Origin: Salinisphaera sp. UBA1666
GTDB lineage: Bacteria > Pseudomonadota > Gammaproteobacteria > Nevskiales > Salinisphaeraceae
NCBI GenBank assembly: GCA_002320455.1
Contig: DCKU01000186.1
Span: 27,014-91,013 of the forward strand
Direction of reading: 5' to 3'
Length of the DNA stretch: 64,000 nucleotides
The notes under the pieces are model-generated. The model did not search any database. It was not told the DNA's origin and saw only the letters and a program-made list of their open reading frames with translations. A program made the translations under genes and the position numbers. Numbering within the stretch: the stretch's first letter is position 1; each line of letters begins with the position of its first letter. Below, in pieces: positions 1 to 11,128 of this stretch.

Positions 1-37
1 CGCCACCGGCAGCAAACCGTCCGGTAAAGCCGACTAG
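1..37 (+). CDS. 3' end of an upstream gene (partial), low-complexity tail ...ATGSKPSGKAD*
   Basis: Open frame from position 2 to TAG at 35-37. FmdB-family genes with such tails often precede aspS, but only 11 codons are visible. Confidence 0.25.
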   Translation, partial: ATGSKPSGKAD

Positions 38-124
38 CCGCCGGTACGCGGGCGCCGGCCTACCGGGCGCCCCGATCCACTTGATAGACTCTGCGCCTTT
101 TGCGCAGCGACCAAAGGCCCCGCC

Positions 125-1921
125 ATGATGCGATCCCACTACAGCGGCGACGTGACTGCCGCCGCTATCGATCAGGAAATCACCGTTTGTGGCTGGGTCC
201 ATCGACGCCGCGATCACGGCGGGGTGATCTTCATCGATCTGCGTGATCGCTCTGGGCTGATTCAGACGGTGTTCGATCCGGACGAGGCTACGACTTTTGC
301 CGCGGCCGAAAAGCTGCGCAGCGAGTACGTCATCAAGGCCACGGGCCGTGTCCGGGCGCGCCCGGAGGGCACGGTCAATAAAAACCTGGCCTCGGGCGAG
401 ATCGAGGTCTATATCACCGATCTCGAGGTGTTGAACGCCTCGGAAACGCCGCCACTGCAGCTGGATGAGACCGAAGGCGTGGGTGATGCTGCGCGCCTGC
501 GCTATCGCTACGTCGAGCTGCGCAAGCCGCGCATGCAGCGCCATATGCAGCTGCGCGCCCAGGTCACGCGGGCCGTGCGCAAGTCCCTGGATGATTTGGG
601 TTTTCTGGATATCGAAACCCCCATTCTCACACGCGCCACGCCCGAAGGCGCACGCGACTATCTGGTGCCCAGCCGCACCCAGCCCGGCCAGTTCTTTGCG
701 CTGCCGCAGTCGCCCCAGCTGTTCAAGCAGCTGCTGATGGTCTCGGGCATGGACCGCTATTATCAGATCGCGCGTTGTTTCCGCGACGAAGACCTGCGGG
801 CGGATCGTCAGCCGGAATTCACGCAGATTGATATCGAGGCCTCGTTCGTCGACGCCGACGACATCATGGATCTCAACGAGCGCATGATTCGTCAGCTGTT
901 TGCTGACGTCATGGGCGTGAGCCTGCCCGACCCGTTCCCGCGCATGGCCTATGCTGAGGCCATGCAGCGCTTTGGCTCCGACAAGCCGGATCTGCGTATC
1001 GACCTGGAGCTGGTGGACATCGCCGATCTCGTCGCTGATGCCGAGTTCAAAGTGTTTTCCGGGCCGGCTAACTCCGAGACCGGGCGCGTGGCCGTGTTGC
1101 GCGTGCCCGGCGGCGCCAGCCTGACCCGCAAGCAGATCGACGACTATACAGATTTCGTCGGCCGCTACGGAGCCAAGGGCCTGGCTTACGTCAAGATTTC
1201 AGACGTGGCCGCGGGCCGCGAGGGCATGAACTCGCCGATTCTCAAGTTCTTGTCCGATGACGCCGTGGCCGGCATCGTCGAGCGCACCGGGGCAGAAGAT
1301 GGTGATCTGCTGTTCTTTGGCGCCGACAAGACCACCGTGGTCAACGATGCGCTCGGCGCGCTTCGCGTGCGGCTGGGCCATGATCTGGGCCGGGTCGCCG
1401 ACGAATGGGCGCCGCTGTGGGTCGTAGACTGGCCGATGTTCGAATACGACGAGCCCACCAAGCGCTGGTACGCCGCGCATCATCCGTTCACAGCACCTGC
1501 TGTCAACGATCCGGAAACACTCAAGGCCGCCCCGCACGAGGCCATGGCCCAGGCCTATGACATGGTGCTCAACGGCTCTGAAATTGGCGGTGGGTCGGTA
1601 CGTATTCACTCGCCCGAAATGCAGCAGGCTGCGTTCGATGTGCTGGGCATCTCCCGCGACGAGGCCGAGGAAAAATTCGGCTTCCTGCTGGAAGCGTTGA
1701 AATTCGGTGCACCCCCGCACGCCGGTATTGCCTTCGGTCTGGACCGGTTGCTCATGCTGATGGCCGGTGCCGACTCGATTCGAGAAGTCATAGCGTTTCC
1801 CAAGACCCAAACCGCGACCGATCTGCTAACCGGGGCCCCCGGACAGGCCGATGCCGCGCAGCTGCGCGAGTTGGGCATCCGGCTACGCGCGCAGCCCAAG
1901 GCAGACGACTCGGCTGGCTAG
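125..1921 (+). CDS. aspS: Aspartate--tRNA ligase, probably the non-discriminating Asp/Asn type
   Basis: [26 protein letters not shown]-fold, [11 protein letters not shown], motif 2 [16 protein letters not shown], motif 3 GIAFGLDRL. His in RDHGG and Gly in RPEG match the ND-AspRS signature. Confidence 0.98.
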   Translation: MMRSHYSGDVTAAAIDQEITVCGWVHRRRDHGGVIFIDLRDRSGLIQTVFDPDEATTFAAAEKLRSEYVIKATGRVRARPEGTVNKNLASGEIEVYITDLEVLNASETPPLQLDETEGVGDAARLRYRYVELRKPRMQRHMQLRAQVTRAVRKSLDDLGFLDIETPILTRATPEGARDYLVPSRTQPGQFFALPQSPQLFKQLLMVSGMDRYYQIARCFRDEDLRADRQPEFTQIDIEASFVDADDIMDLNERMIRQLFADVMGVSLPDPFPRMAYAEAMQRFGSDKPDLRIDLELVDIADLVADAEFKVFSGPANSETGRVAVLRVPGGASLTRKQIDDYTDFVGRYGAKGLAYVKISDVAAGREGMNSPILKFLSDDAVAGIVERTGAEDGDLLFFGADKTTVVNDALGALRVRLGHDLGRVADEWAPLWVVDWPMFEYDEPTKRWYAAHHPFTAPAVNDPETLKAAPHEAMAQAYDMVLNGSEIGGGSVRIHSPEMQQAAFDVLGISRDEAEEKFGFLLEALKFGAPPHAGIAFGLDRLLMLMAGADSIREVIAFPKTQTATDLLTGAPGQADAAQLRELGIRLRAQPKADDSAG

Positions 1922-1983
1922 TCCCGACACACGGCGTGTTCGTCGTTAGTTGTTGTTTGTAATTGATTTCTCATCGCAGAAAG

Positions 1984-2013
1984 ACGGGGGCCAGAGTCGC
2001 CCCCGTTTTTTTT
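1984..2013 (+). terminator. Rho-independent terminator after aspS
   Basis: ACGGGGGC-cagagtc-GCCCCCGT stem followed by a T-run. Confidence 0.85.
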
Positions 2014-2123
2014 ATGACGCTTGTTTTGACAAAGCGTGACGTTATCCCGTAACTAATTGATTCGCGACCGCAACGCGCGGTCGAGGGAGACGCGACCTTC
2101 GCGTCAACGCAAAGGGGATAACG

Positions 2124-5092
2124 ATGAAGAGCTCGTTTGAAAGCCCGAATCGCCTGCGACGCGCGGTTCGCGCTGCCATTACCGGCACCGCCGTGCTGGC
2201 AACACCGGCCGCGTTCGCGGCCCAGATCACCGTAGATTCCAACAGCGACAGCGCCACGGATGGTTGCACGCTGCGTTCGGCGATCCTTGCGGCGAACAGC
2301 AATACGATGACCAACGGCTGTCAGGCCGGCGACAATAACTCCGACACGATTGTTTTCGCCGACGGTGTAAGCGGCCAGACCATCACACTGTCGGGCACCG
2401 CGCTACCCACCGTGGCAGCCGGTTCTACATTGGTCATCGGTAGCGGTGACGATGACAACGTCACCATCGATGCCAACTCGATGAGCCGTATCCTGACCAA
2501 CCAGGGCAATCTCACCCTCAACGGCCTGAATCTGGTCAACGGCCAGACCGCAGGGGGCGCTGCCAGCGCCGATGATCGCTCCGGCGGCGCGATTCTCAAC
2601 GATGACGGTGGTCTTTTGACCGTGAACGGCGGCTCGATGCGCGACAATACGGCCGATCGTGCCGGCGGCGCCATCGAAGATGCTTCCAGCACCGATATGG
2701 ATGACGACGACTCAGACGATGACGCAGGCGATAACGTCCGTGTCACGCTGAACGACGTGGATTTCTCCGGCAACGATGCCGGCGCCAACCCGGGTAATGG
2801 CGGCGTGCTGCATGTAACCGGCACGGGCGATATCGCCGTCAATGGCGGCACGTTCGATAGCAACAGCGCCACCGAAGGCGGCGCGCTATGGAACAACCAG
2901 GGCACCACGCGTGTTGTGAACGCAACGTTCTCGAACAACCAGACCGACGGCGCGGCCGCGGACAACGGCGGCGGCGCCATCTACGTCGAAGCCGGCAGTG
3001 TCGAAGTCGAAGACTCGCGTTTCGTGAACAACACGGCTGGCGATGACGACGACGAGACGAGTTCTGCCTCGGGCGGCGCCATTCTGGCCAATGCCAATAC
3101 CGAGCTGTCGGTTAGTAACTCCCGCTTTACCGGTAACAGCGCACAGCGTGCCGGCGGCGCGTTCGAAGTATTGGCCGGCACAAGCACCACGCTTGATAAC
3201 GTGTCTGCCAACGACAACGACGCGGGCGACAACCCGGGTAACGGCGGCGTACTGCACGTCACGGGTGACGGCGACGTTGACGTCTTGGGCGGTGTGTATT
3301 CCGGTAACGACGCCACCGAAGGCGGCGCGTTCTGGAACAACCAGGGCGAGATGTCCATCGACGGCGCTTCCTTGGTCGACAACGAAGCCGACGGCGACGA
3401 TGCCACCCAGGGCGGTGGTGCCATTTACGCCGAAACCGCATCAATGGAAGGCGACGACTCCGGCACGCTGAGCGTCACGAACACGCGTATCGCCAACAAC
3501 ACGGCCTCCGGCACCTCCGGTTCGGGCGGCGGCGTACTGCTGAGCCCCGGCGTGACGGCAACGATCTCGAACAGCCGTATTGAAGCCAACTCGGCCAATC
3601 GTGCCGGTGGCGGCATCGAGAACGCAGGCGCCGACTTGACGCTGGAAAGAGTCACCCTGGGTGGCACGAGCAGCGATCTGGGCAACGACGCCGGCAACAA
3701 TCCCGGCAATGGCGGTGGTCTGCATATCGGTGCTGCGGGCACGGCGAGCATCGACAACACCAGCGTGGGCTATAACCAGGCGGTCGAAGGCGGCGGCTTG
3801 TGGAACTCCGGCCCCGGCACGCTCGACGTCAGCACGTCTACGGTGGCCAACAACTCGGCCGATCGCGGTGCGGGCGTGTATCAGGACGGCGAGACGAGCG
3901 CCAACGGCGTGAGCCTGTCCTATGTCACCGTCGCCAACAACGATGGCGCGGGCCTGGCCAGCGGCGGCGCGGACATGGACGTGTCGAACTCGCTGTTGTC
4001 GGGCAACGACAGCACGACCGACGATAACGTAATGGTCAGCGCCGACGACGGCAATCTGGTGGGCGATGCCGGCTTCAACGGCATGTATCGCACCTATGGT
4101 GGCCCGACGGCTACAGTTCCGCTCTTGGCCGACAGTGCGCCATCGACATGACCGACGATTGCGGCGCCACCGATCAGCGTGGCGCCGAGCGTCCGGTCGA
4201 CCTGACTGACGACAGCGACAACGACTGTGATGTCGGCGCCTTCGAGCTGGCCGGTAATCCTGTGTTGAACGTCACCTCCGTCGATCTGGATAACGTCGAT
4301 GCCAGCGATGGCTCGGCCGGTATTGTCACAGCGGCCGCCTTCACGGTGTCCAACGACACTGGCGATGCGGTCAACTTGGGCCACTTCTCCGGCTACATCC
4401 AACGTGATGACAGCCAGCCCAGCGGCGTTGATTTTGCCGGTGCGGATCTGGTGGCTTACGCCGACAGCAACAACAACGGCATGTTCGATGATGGCGACAT
4501 GGCCGTGGGCGAAGGTGATGTGGCCGACGATGGCACGCATTTCACGGTGTCTTTCCAGGACGGCGCGGGTGTATCCATTGCCGACGGTGACGATGCGACC
4601 TACTTCCTGCGTGCCGATCTACCGGGCATTGGTGAAGTCGCGATGAGTGCCATCAAGCAAATCGTCAGCCAGCCGATGCTGGCCGGCGGGGCGCTGCTGG
4701 CGCTGCTGGGTCTGGTATCGGTCGGCGGTCTGCGTCGTCGCTCCCAGCTTGCGCTGGTGGCACTGGCGCTAGCGCTGACGCTCACCGCCTGTTCGGATGA
4801 CCAGAACGTCAATCTGGACAACGGCCCGGACATGGGTAACGACAACGGCGGCGATAACGGTAACGACAACGGCAATGACGACAACAATAACGATCTGAAC
4901 GACAATCAGTTGCGCTTTGTCGTCGATCAGCTGTCGCCGACCGATAACTCGGCCGATACCGCGCTGGTCATTGGCGACGGTCTGCCGGTGTTCGGCCCGA
5001 TCATCACGATCGGCAGCCCGGACGATCCGGTCATGGACAACAGCCAAGACGTCGATGAGGACACCGACAGTACCCAAGACTCGATGAACTGA
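2124..5092 (+). pseudogene. Large acidic secreted/surface protein (CSLREA-like N-terminus, GGAI/GG-rich parallel beta-helix repeats, choice-of-anchor-Q-like motif), split by a 1-nt frameshift near 4140 into ORFs 2124-4151 and 4148-5092
   Basis: Signal peptide ending AAFA-A; VDSNSD..GCTLRSAILAAN; repeated GGAI/NGGVLH/GGALWN motifs; the motif GGPT.T..LL..S.AID...C...DQRG..RP...CDVGAFE is split across the two ORFs. Could be a true lesion or a sequencing error. Confidence 0.75.
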
Positions 5093-5134
5093 TCGGCTCC
5101 GACGGGGCATGAGGACGTCGCCCCGAGCCTGACC

Positions 5135-5172
5135 AAAGCCGGATCGGTCTCGTACCGATCCGGCTTTTTTTT
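5135..5172 (+). terminator. Rho-independent terminator
   Basis: AAAGCCGGATCGGT-ctcgt-ACCGATCCGGCTTT perfect 14-bp stem plus T-run. Confidence 0.9.
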
Positions 5173-5316
5173 GCCCGGGCTGCACGACGGGCTTATCGTG
5201 GTCGGGCGGTGCGTTATACTGCGCGTCCAAAATTCATACTCGCGCGCGGCGTTGACACGATCCGATCGGGTCACTGCCACGTGCATGTCTTAAAGACGTT
5301 CGACCAGGAGTTGCTG

Positions 5317-6606
<1,290 letters not shown>

Positions 6607-6630
6607 CGCCCGCTCCGCAAGACCGCGGCG

Positions 6631-7137
6631 ATGTATTGCCCGTTCTGTCACGAGCGAACGACCCGCGTCGTGGATTCGCGCCTAGCCGCCGAAGGCAGCC
6701 AGGTGCGTCGGCGGCGAGAGTGCCCGAGCTGTCGGGCGCGTTACACCACCTTCGAGACGGCCGAGCTGTTTCTGCCGCGTATCATCAAGACCGACGGCAC
6801 GCCTGAGCCGTTCGACGTGGACAAGCTCCGGCGCGGTATCACACGGGCGCTGTATAAGCGCCCGGTCGGCCCGGACGCGGTCGAAACCGCCATCAGCCAC
6901 ATCCAGCAGCAAATGCATCACGAGGGTGAGCGCGATGTGCCATCGCGCCGGCTCGGCGAGTGGGTGATGGAAGAGCTGCGGGGGCTGGACCAGGTCGCTT
7001 ACGTACGCTTTGCATCGGTGTATCGTCGCTTTGAAGATGTGCAGGCGTTTCGCGAAGAAATCGAGCGGCTCGAGTCAACTCCGAATCGCGACAGCGCCCA
7101 GCTGCCGCTCATCGATCTTGGCAAGGAAACTTCATGA
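6631..7137 (+). CDS. nrdR: Transcriptional repressor NrdR
   Basis: CPFC...VVDSR...RRRRECPSC zinc ribbon, ATP-cone, [10 protein letters not shown]. Confidence 0.97.
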   Translation: MYCPFCHERTTRVVDSRLAAEGSQVRRRRECPSCRARYTTFETAELFLPRIIKTDGTPEPFDVDKLRRGITRALYKRPVGPDAVETAISHIQQQMHHEGERDVPSRRLGEWVMEELRGLDQVAYVRFASVYRRFEDVQAFREEIERLESTPNRDSAQLPLIDLGKETS

Positions 7138-8255
7138 GTGCGGACGACGTGCGGATTCGAGTGCACGAGATGTACATGCAGCGCGCGATCGAGCTGGCGC
7201 GTCGCGGCTGGTATACCGCCAAGCCCAATCCGCGCGTCGGCTGTGTGATTTTGGCCGGCACCCGCATTATCGGCGACGGCTGGCATGCCCGGGCCGGTGA
7301 GCCGCACGCAGAGCGCAACGCCTTGGCTGACGCCGAAGCGCGTGGTTTTGACGTCAAAGGTGCGACGGCCTACGTCACGCTTGAGCCTTGTGCACACACC
7401 GGGCGTACCCCGCCGTGCACCCAGGCGCTGATCGAGGCCGGCATCGAGCGGGTCGTGGTCGGCGCCCAGGACCCCAACCCCAGCGTTGACGGGCAGGGTA
7501 TTGATGCGCTGCGCGCGGCCGGTATCGACGTGATCACCGGCGTGCTGGGCGAGCGTTGTGCCGCGCTCAACGCCGGCTTCAACCAGCGCATGACATCGTA
7601 TCGCCCACGCGTGCGGGTCAAGCTGGCCATGAGTTTGGACGGCCGTACGGCCGCCGCCGACGGCACCAGCCAGTGGATCACTGGCGAACCCGCGCGCGAA
7701 GACGTGCACCGGCTGCGCGCCGAGTCCGGCGCGGTGATGATCGGGCGCGGTACCTGCGTAGCTGATGATCCGTCTCTGACCGTGCGCTTGCCCGGCGAGT
7801 GGGACCAGCCGCTGCGCGTGGTGCTGGACTCACAGCTGGCGATGGCCACCGATGCCAAGATGTTCTGTCAGTCGGGCGAGACACTCGTGTTCACTGCCAG
7901 CGACGACGAAGATAAAACCGGGGCGTTGGAAGAGGCCGGCGCGCGGGTTGCACGTGTCGGCGGCGACTCGACCGGCCTGGACCTGGCGCGCGTACTCGGC
8001 GTGCTGGCCGAGCGTGAGATCAACGACGTGCTGGTTGAGGCCGGGCCCACGCTGGCCGGTGCGCTGACCCAGGCCGGCCTGGTTGATGAGTACATCATCT
8101 ATATGGCGCCACAGCTGATCGGCGATACCGGCCGCGGCCTGATGTCGCTGGCCGGCGCGGTTGGCCTAGACGATGCCACGCGCCTTGTTTTCGATAACGC
8201 CGAACCCGTTGGTGCGGATCTCAAGATCACCGCGCGCCCCGTAAAGGATCAATAG
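7134..8255 (+). CDS. ribD: Bifunctional diaminohydroxyphosphoribosylaminopyrimidine deaminase/reductase
   Basis: [41 protein letters not shown]. Confidence 0.97.
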   Translation: MSADDVRIRVHEMYMQRAIELARRGWYTAKPNPRVGCVILAGTRIIGDGWHARAGEPHAERNALADAEARGFDVKGATAYVTLEPCAHTGRTPPCTQALIEAGIERVVVGAQDPNPSVDGQGIDALRAAGIDVITGVLGERCAALNAGFNQRMTSYRPRVRVKLAMSLDGRTAAADGTSQWITGEPAREDVHRLRAESGAVMIGRGTCVADDPSLTVRLPGEWDQPLRVVLDSQLAMATDAKMFCQSGETLVFTASDDEDKTGALEEAGARVARVGGDSTGLDLARVLGVLAEREINDVLVEAGPTLAGALTQAGLVDEYIIYMAPQLIGDTGRGLMSLAGAVGLDDATRLVFDNAEPVGADLKITARPVKDQ

Positions 8256-8258
8256 CCG

Positions 8259-8852
8259 ATGTTTACCGGACTGATACAGGGCATGGGCGACATCGTCGAG
8301 CAGCAGGCGCGCGACGGTGATACCCGGCTCATCATCGATTGTGGCGACACGGATCTGGGCGGCATCGCGGTGGGCGACAGCGTGGCCATCTCTGGCGTCT
8401 GTCTGACCGCCACCGAGATTGACGGCACGCGTTTTGCCGCCGACGTGTCCAAAGAAACGCTGAAGCTGACCACGCTGGGTGCGTTCAGCGTTGGCACTCG
8501 GGTGAACCTGGAACCGCCGCTCAAAGCCGGCGATCCTCTGGGCGGCCATATGGTCGCCGGCCACGTCGATGGCTTGGGTGTGGTCGAAGAGCTGCACGCC
8601 GACGCCCGGTCTTGGCGCCTGAGTTTTTCGGTGCCCAAGCGCTTGGCCCGCTATCTGGCCTCGAAAGGCTCGATCGCCGTGGACGGCATCAGCCTCACGA
8701 TCAACGAGGTGGACGGTCGGCGCTTTGGGGTCAATATCATCCCGCACACCATGAGCCACACCACGCTGGGCGAGCGGCGCATCGGCGACCACGTCAATAT
8801 CGAAGTGGATCTCGTCGCGCGTTATCTGGCCCGCATCGCCGGCTACGAATAG
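8259..8852 (+). CDS. ribE: Riboflavin synthase
   Basis: MFTGLI N-terminus, GDSVAISGVCLT, GGHMVAGHVDG, KGSIAVDGISLT. Confidence 0.97.
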   Translation: MFTGLIQGMGDIVEQQARDGDTRLIIDCGDTDLGGIAVGDSVAISGVCLTATEIDGTRFAADVSKETLKLTTLGAFSVGTRVNLEPPLKAGDPLGGHMVAGHVDGLGVVEELHADARSWRLSFSVPKRLARYLASKGSIAVDGISLTINEVDGRRFGVNIIPHTMSHTTLGERRIGDHVNIEVDLVARYLARIAGYE

Positions 8853-8897
8853 CCGCCAACCATGCGATAATGCGACGCCGTCCAATCGGAACTAGCC

Positions 8898-9374
8898 ATG
8901 CAGACTCTTCAAGGAGATTTCGACGGCGAAGGCCTTCGTATCGCCGTCGTCGCCACCCGCTGGAACGATGAGATCGTCGATCGTCTGATCGAGGGCGCGG
9001 CCGACGTGCTGACCGATTGCGGCGTGGATGATGACGACATCACAGTGGTCAAGGTGCCGGGCGCCTTCGAGATTCCGCTGGCCGTTGACCGACTGGCCGA
9101 ATCCGGCGATTACGACGGCATCGTGGCGCTGGGCTGCGTGATTCGCGGCGACACGCCGCATTTTGACTACGTGGCCGGTGAATGCTCGAAGGGTCTGACC
9201 GCCGCCATGCTCGAATACGGCTTGCCCGTGGGCTTTGGGGTGATTACGGCGGACAACGCCGAACAGGCCGATGCCCGTGCCCAGCCGGACGAAGAGCACA
9301 ACAAGGGCGCCGAATCAGCCAGCGCGGTCGTGGAGATGATCACGCTGCTTCGCCAGATTGAAGGCGACGAGTAA
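8898..9374 (+). CDS. ribH: 6,7-dimethyl-8-ribityllumazine synthase
   Basis: VPGAFEIP, LGCVIRGDTPHFDYV, NKGAE. Confidence 0.97.
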   Translation: MQTLQGDFDGEGLRIAVVATRWNDEIVDRLIEGAADVLTDCGVDDDDITVVKVPGAFEIPLAVDRLAESGDYDGIVALGCVIRGDTPHFDYVAGECSKGLTAAMLEYGLPVGFGVITADNAEQADARAQPDEEHNKGAESASAVVEMITLLRQIEGDE

Positions 9375-9377
9375 CCA

Positions 9378-10055
9378 ATGCCCATTCGCAATCAGTCGCT
9401 GGGCGACGCCGCCGACGAAGACGAGCACGATAAACACGACGCCGGCGACGCGGCCAAAGACCAGACTGCTCAGGCGCCCGAGGCCGACTCCGGAGCGAAC
9501 GCGCAGGCGGCCGAGATCGCTGCGGCGCAGGCCCCGCCGCCCGACGAAGAGGAGGTCGGTGAAGGCCAAGGTGTCAGCGCCGACGGGCTGCCGGCCTTGC
9601 CGCCCAAGATGCCGGGCGGTGGGCGTATCCGGGCACGTATGGCCGCCGTGCAGGCCATCTATCAATGGCGAATGTCGGGAACCGAGATCGGCGAGCTGAT
9701 CATCCAGTTCGCCACCGCCGGTCGACTACGCGATCTGGATCGGGCGTACTTCGAGATGCTGATTCGCGGCGTGGTCCACGACGTGGCCGGCCTCGAGCAG
9801 GCCTTTGATACCCACCTGTCGCGCCCGGCCGTGCAGCTGGACCCGGTGGAATACGCCATCCTGCTGCTGGCGAGCTACGAGCTGCGCGAGTGCCCGGAAA
9901 TTCCGTTTGCCGCGGTGATCAACGAGGCCACCAATCTAGCCAAGATCTTTGGCGCCACCGACGGCCATCGCTTCGTCAACGGCGTGATGGACGCCGTGGC
10001 GCGGGATCTTCGAGGCGATGAGATGGCACGGAGCCGCAGAGGCCCCGGCGCCTGA
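9378..10055 (+). CDS. nusB: Transcription antitermination factor NusB with a long acidic N-terminal extension
   Basis: RIRARMAAVQAIYQW, LDPVE.AIL, VINEA..LAK.FG..DGHRFVNGVMD; position after ribH. Confidence 0.93.
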   Translation: MPIRNQSLGDAADEDEHDKHDAGDAAKDQTAQAPEADSGANAQAAEIAAAQAPPPDEEEVGEGQGVSADGLPALPPKMPGGGRIRARMAAVQAIYQWRMSGTEIGELIIQFATAGRLRDLDRAYFEMLIRGVVHDVAGLEQAFDTHLSRPAVQLDPVEYAILLLASYELRECPEIPFAAVINEATNLAKIFGATDGHRFVNGVMDAVARDLRGDEMARSRRGPGA

Positions 10056-10070
10056 GCGCCGCTTTCCGCC

Positions 10071-11048
10071 GTGCGCGAGTTCGAGCTGGTCGATCATCTG
10101 CGCCGGCGTCTTAAAACGACGCGGGCCGACACCCGGTTGGGCATCGGCGACGACGGTGCAGTATTGGCCCCGCCGGCCGGCACCGAGCTGGCCGTGACCA
10201 CCGATACGCTGATCGCCGGCCGCCACTTTCCGGTGGACGCCACGGCCTTCGATATCGGTTACAAGGCGGCAGCCGTCAACCTGAGTGATATCGCAGCCAT
10301 GGGGGCGGCGCCGGCGTGGCTGACGGTCGCATTGGCCGCGCCGACGCTCGACGCGGCATGGTGCGGCGCTTTTGTAGACGGCCTGCTGACGGCCTGTTCT
10401 GCGTGTCCCGGCGAACAGCCGATCGATATCGTCGGTGGGGACACCACCCGCGCCGAGTGTCTGATGATCAGCGTGACCGCGATCGGCCAGGTACCGGCCG
10501 GCCGGGCCGTGCGTCGAAGCGGGGCACGTATCGGCGACGTGATTCTGGTGACCGGTACGCTGGGCGATGCCGCGGCGGGTCTAGATCTCTGGGCGCGTCG
10601 CCACGCCCATGACGCCACCATCGACGCCCTCGTCGCGCGCCTGAATCGGCCGCCGCTACGTCGCGGCTCTGCGCTGGCCGGGCGTGCGCACGCGGCCGTG
10701 GATATCTCTGACGGGTTTCTGGCCGATCTCGGGCATATCCTGGCGGCCTCGGGCGTCGGTGCCCGGGTCGATATCGATCTGTTGCCGGCGGCCGACGCAT
10801 TGGCCGATGTCGCGCCCGACGCGGCGACGTTTCGGCGCTGGCAGGCGGCTGGTGGCGACGACTATGAGCTGTGTATCGCCGCTGCGCCGGATCAGGTGGA
10901 TGCCCTGCGTGATGCGCTGGGCTGCGCGCTCACCGTGGTCGGCGAGATCGTGGCCGAGCCGGGGCTGGTCTGTCTGGACCGGTTGGGCCGAACGGTCGCG
11001 CCCGACACCCTGGGGCCGCCCGGCTGGGACCATTTCGACCCAGGCTGA
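10071..11048 (+). CDS. thiL: Thiamine-monophosphate kinase
   Basis: EFELV, GIGDDGAV, VNLSDIAAMG, GGDTT, DISDG, GGDDYEL, GWDHF; GTG start. Confidence 0.96.
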   Translation: MREFELVDHLRRRLKTTRADTRLGIGDDGAVLAPPAGTELAVTTDTLIAGRHFPVDATAFDIGYKAAAVNLSDIAAMGAAPAWLTVALAAPTLDAAWCGAFVDGLLTACSACPGEQPIDIVGGDTTRAECLMISVTAIGQVPAGRAVRRSGARIGDVILVTGTLGDAAAGLDLWARRHAHDATIDALVARLNRPPLRRGSALAGRAHAAVDISDGFLADLGHILAASGVGARVDIDLLPAADALADVAPDAATFRRWQAAGGDDYELCIAAAPDQVDALRDALGCALTVVGEIVAEPGLVCLDRLGRTVAPDTLGPPGWDHFDPG

Positions 11049-11128
11049 TACCGGGCGTCGGCTGCGGATGCGTTGCCCGGCGCGGTAGACTAACGGGCTG
11101 ATTCGAGCTACCCGAGCCATACCCGCCG

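Noticed and set aside
5173-5316. ZMP/ZTP or glycine riboswitch upstream of glyA, and the extended glyA start at 5209
   Set aside because: No conserved riboswitch motifs are recognisable; the AGGAG RBS and family N-terminus support ATG 5317.
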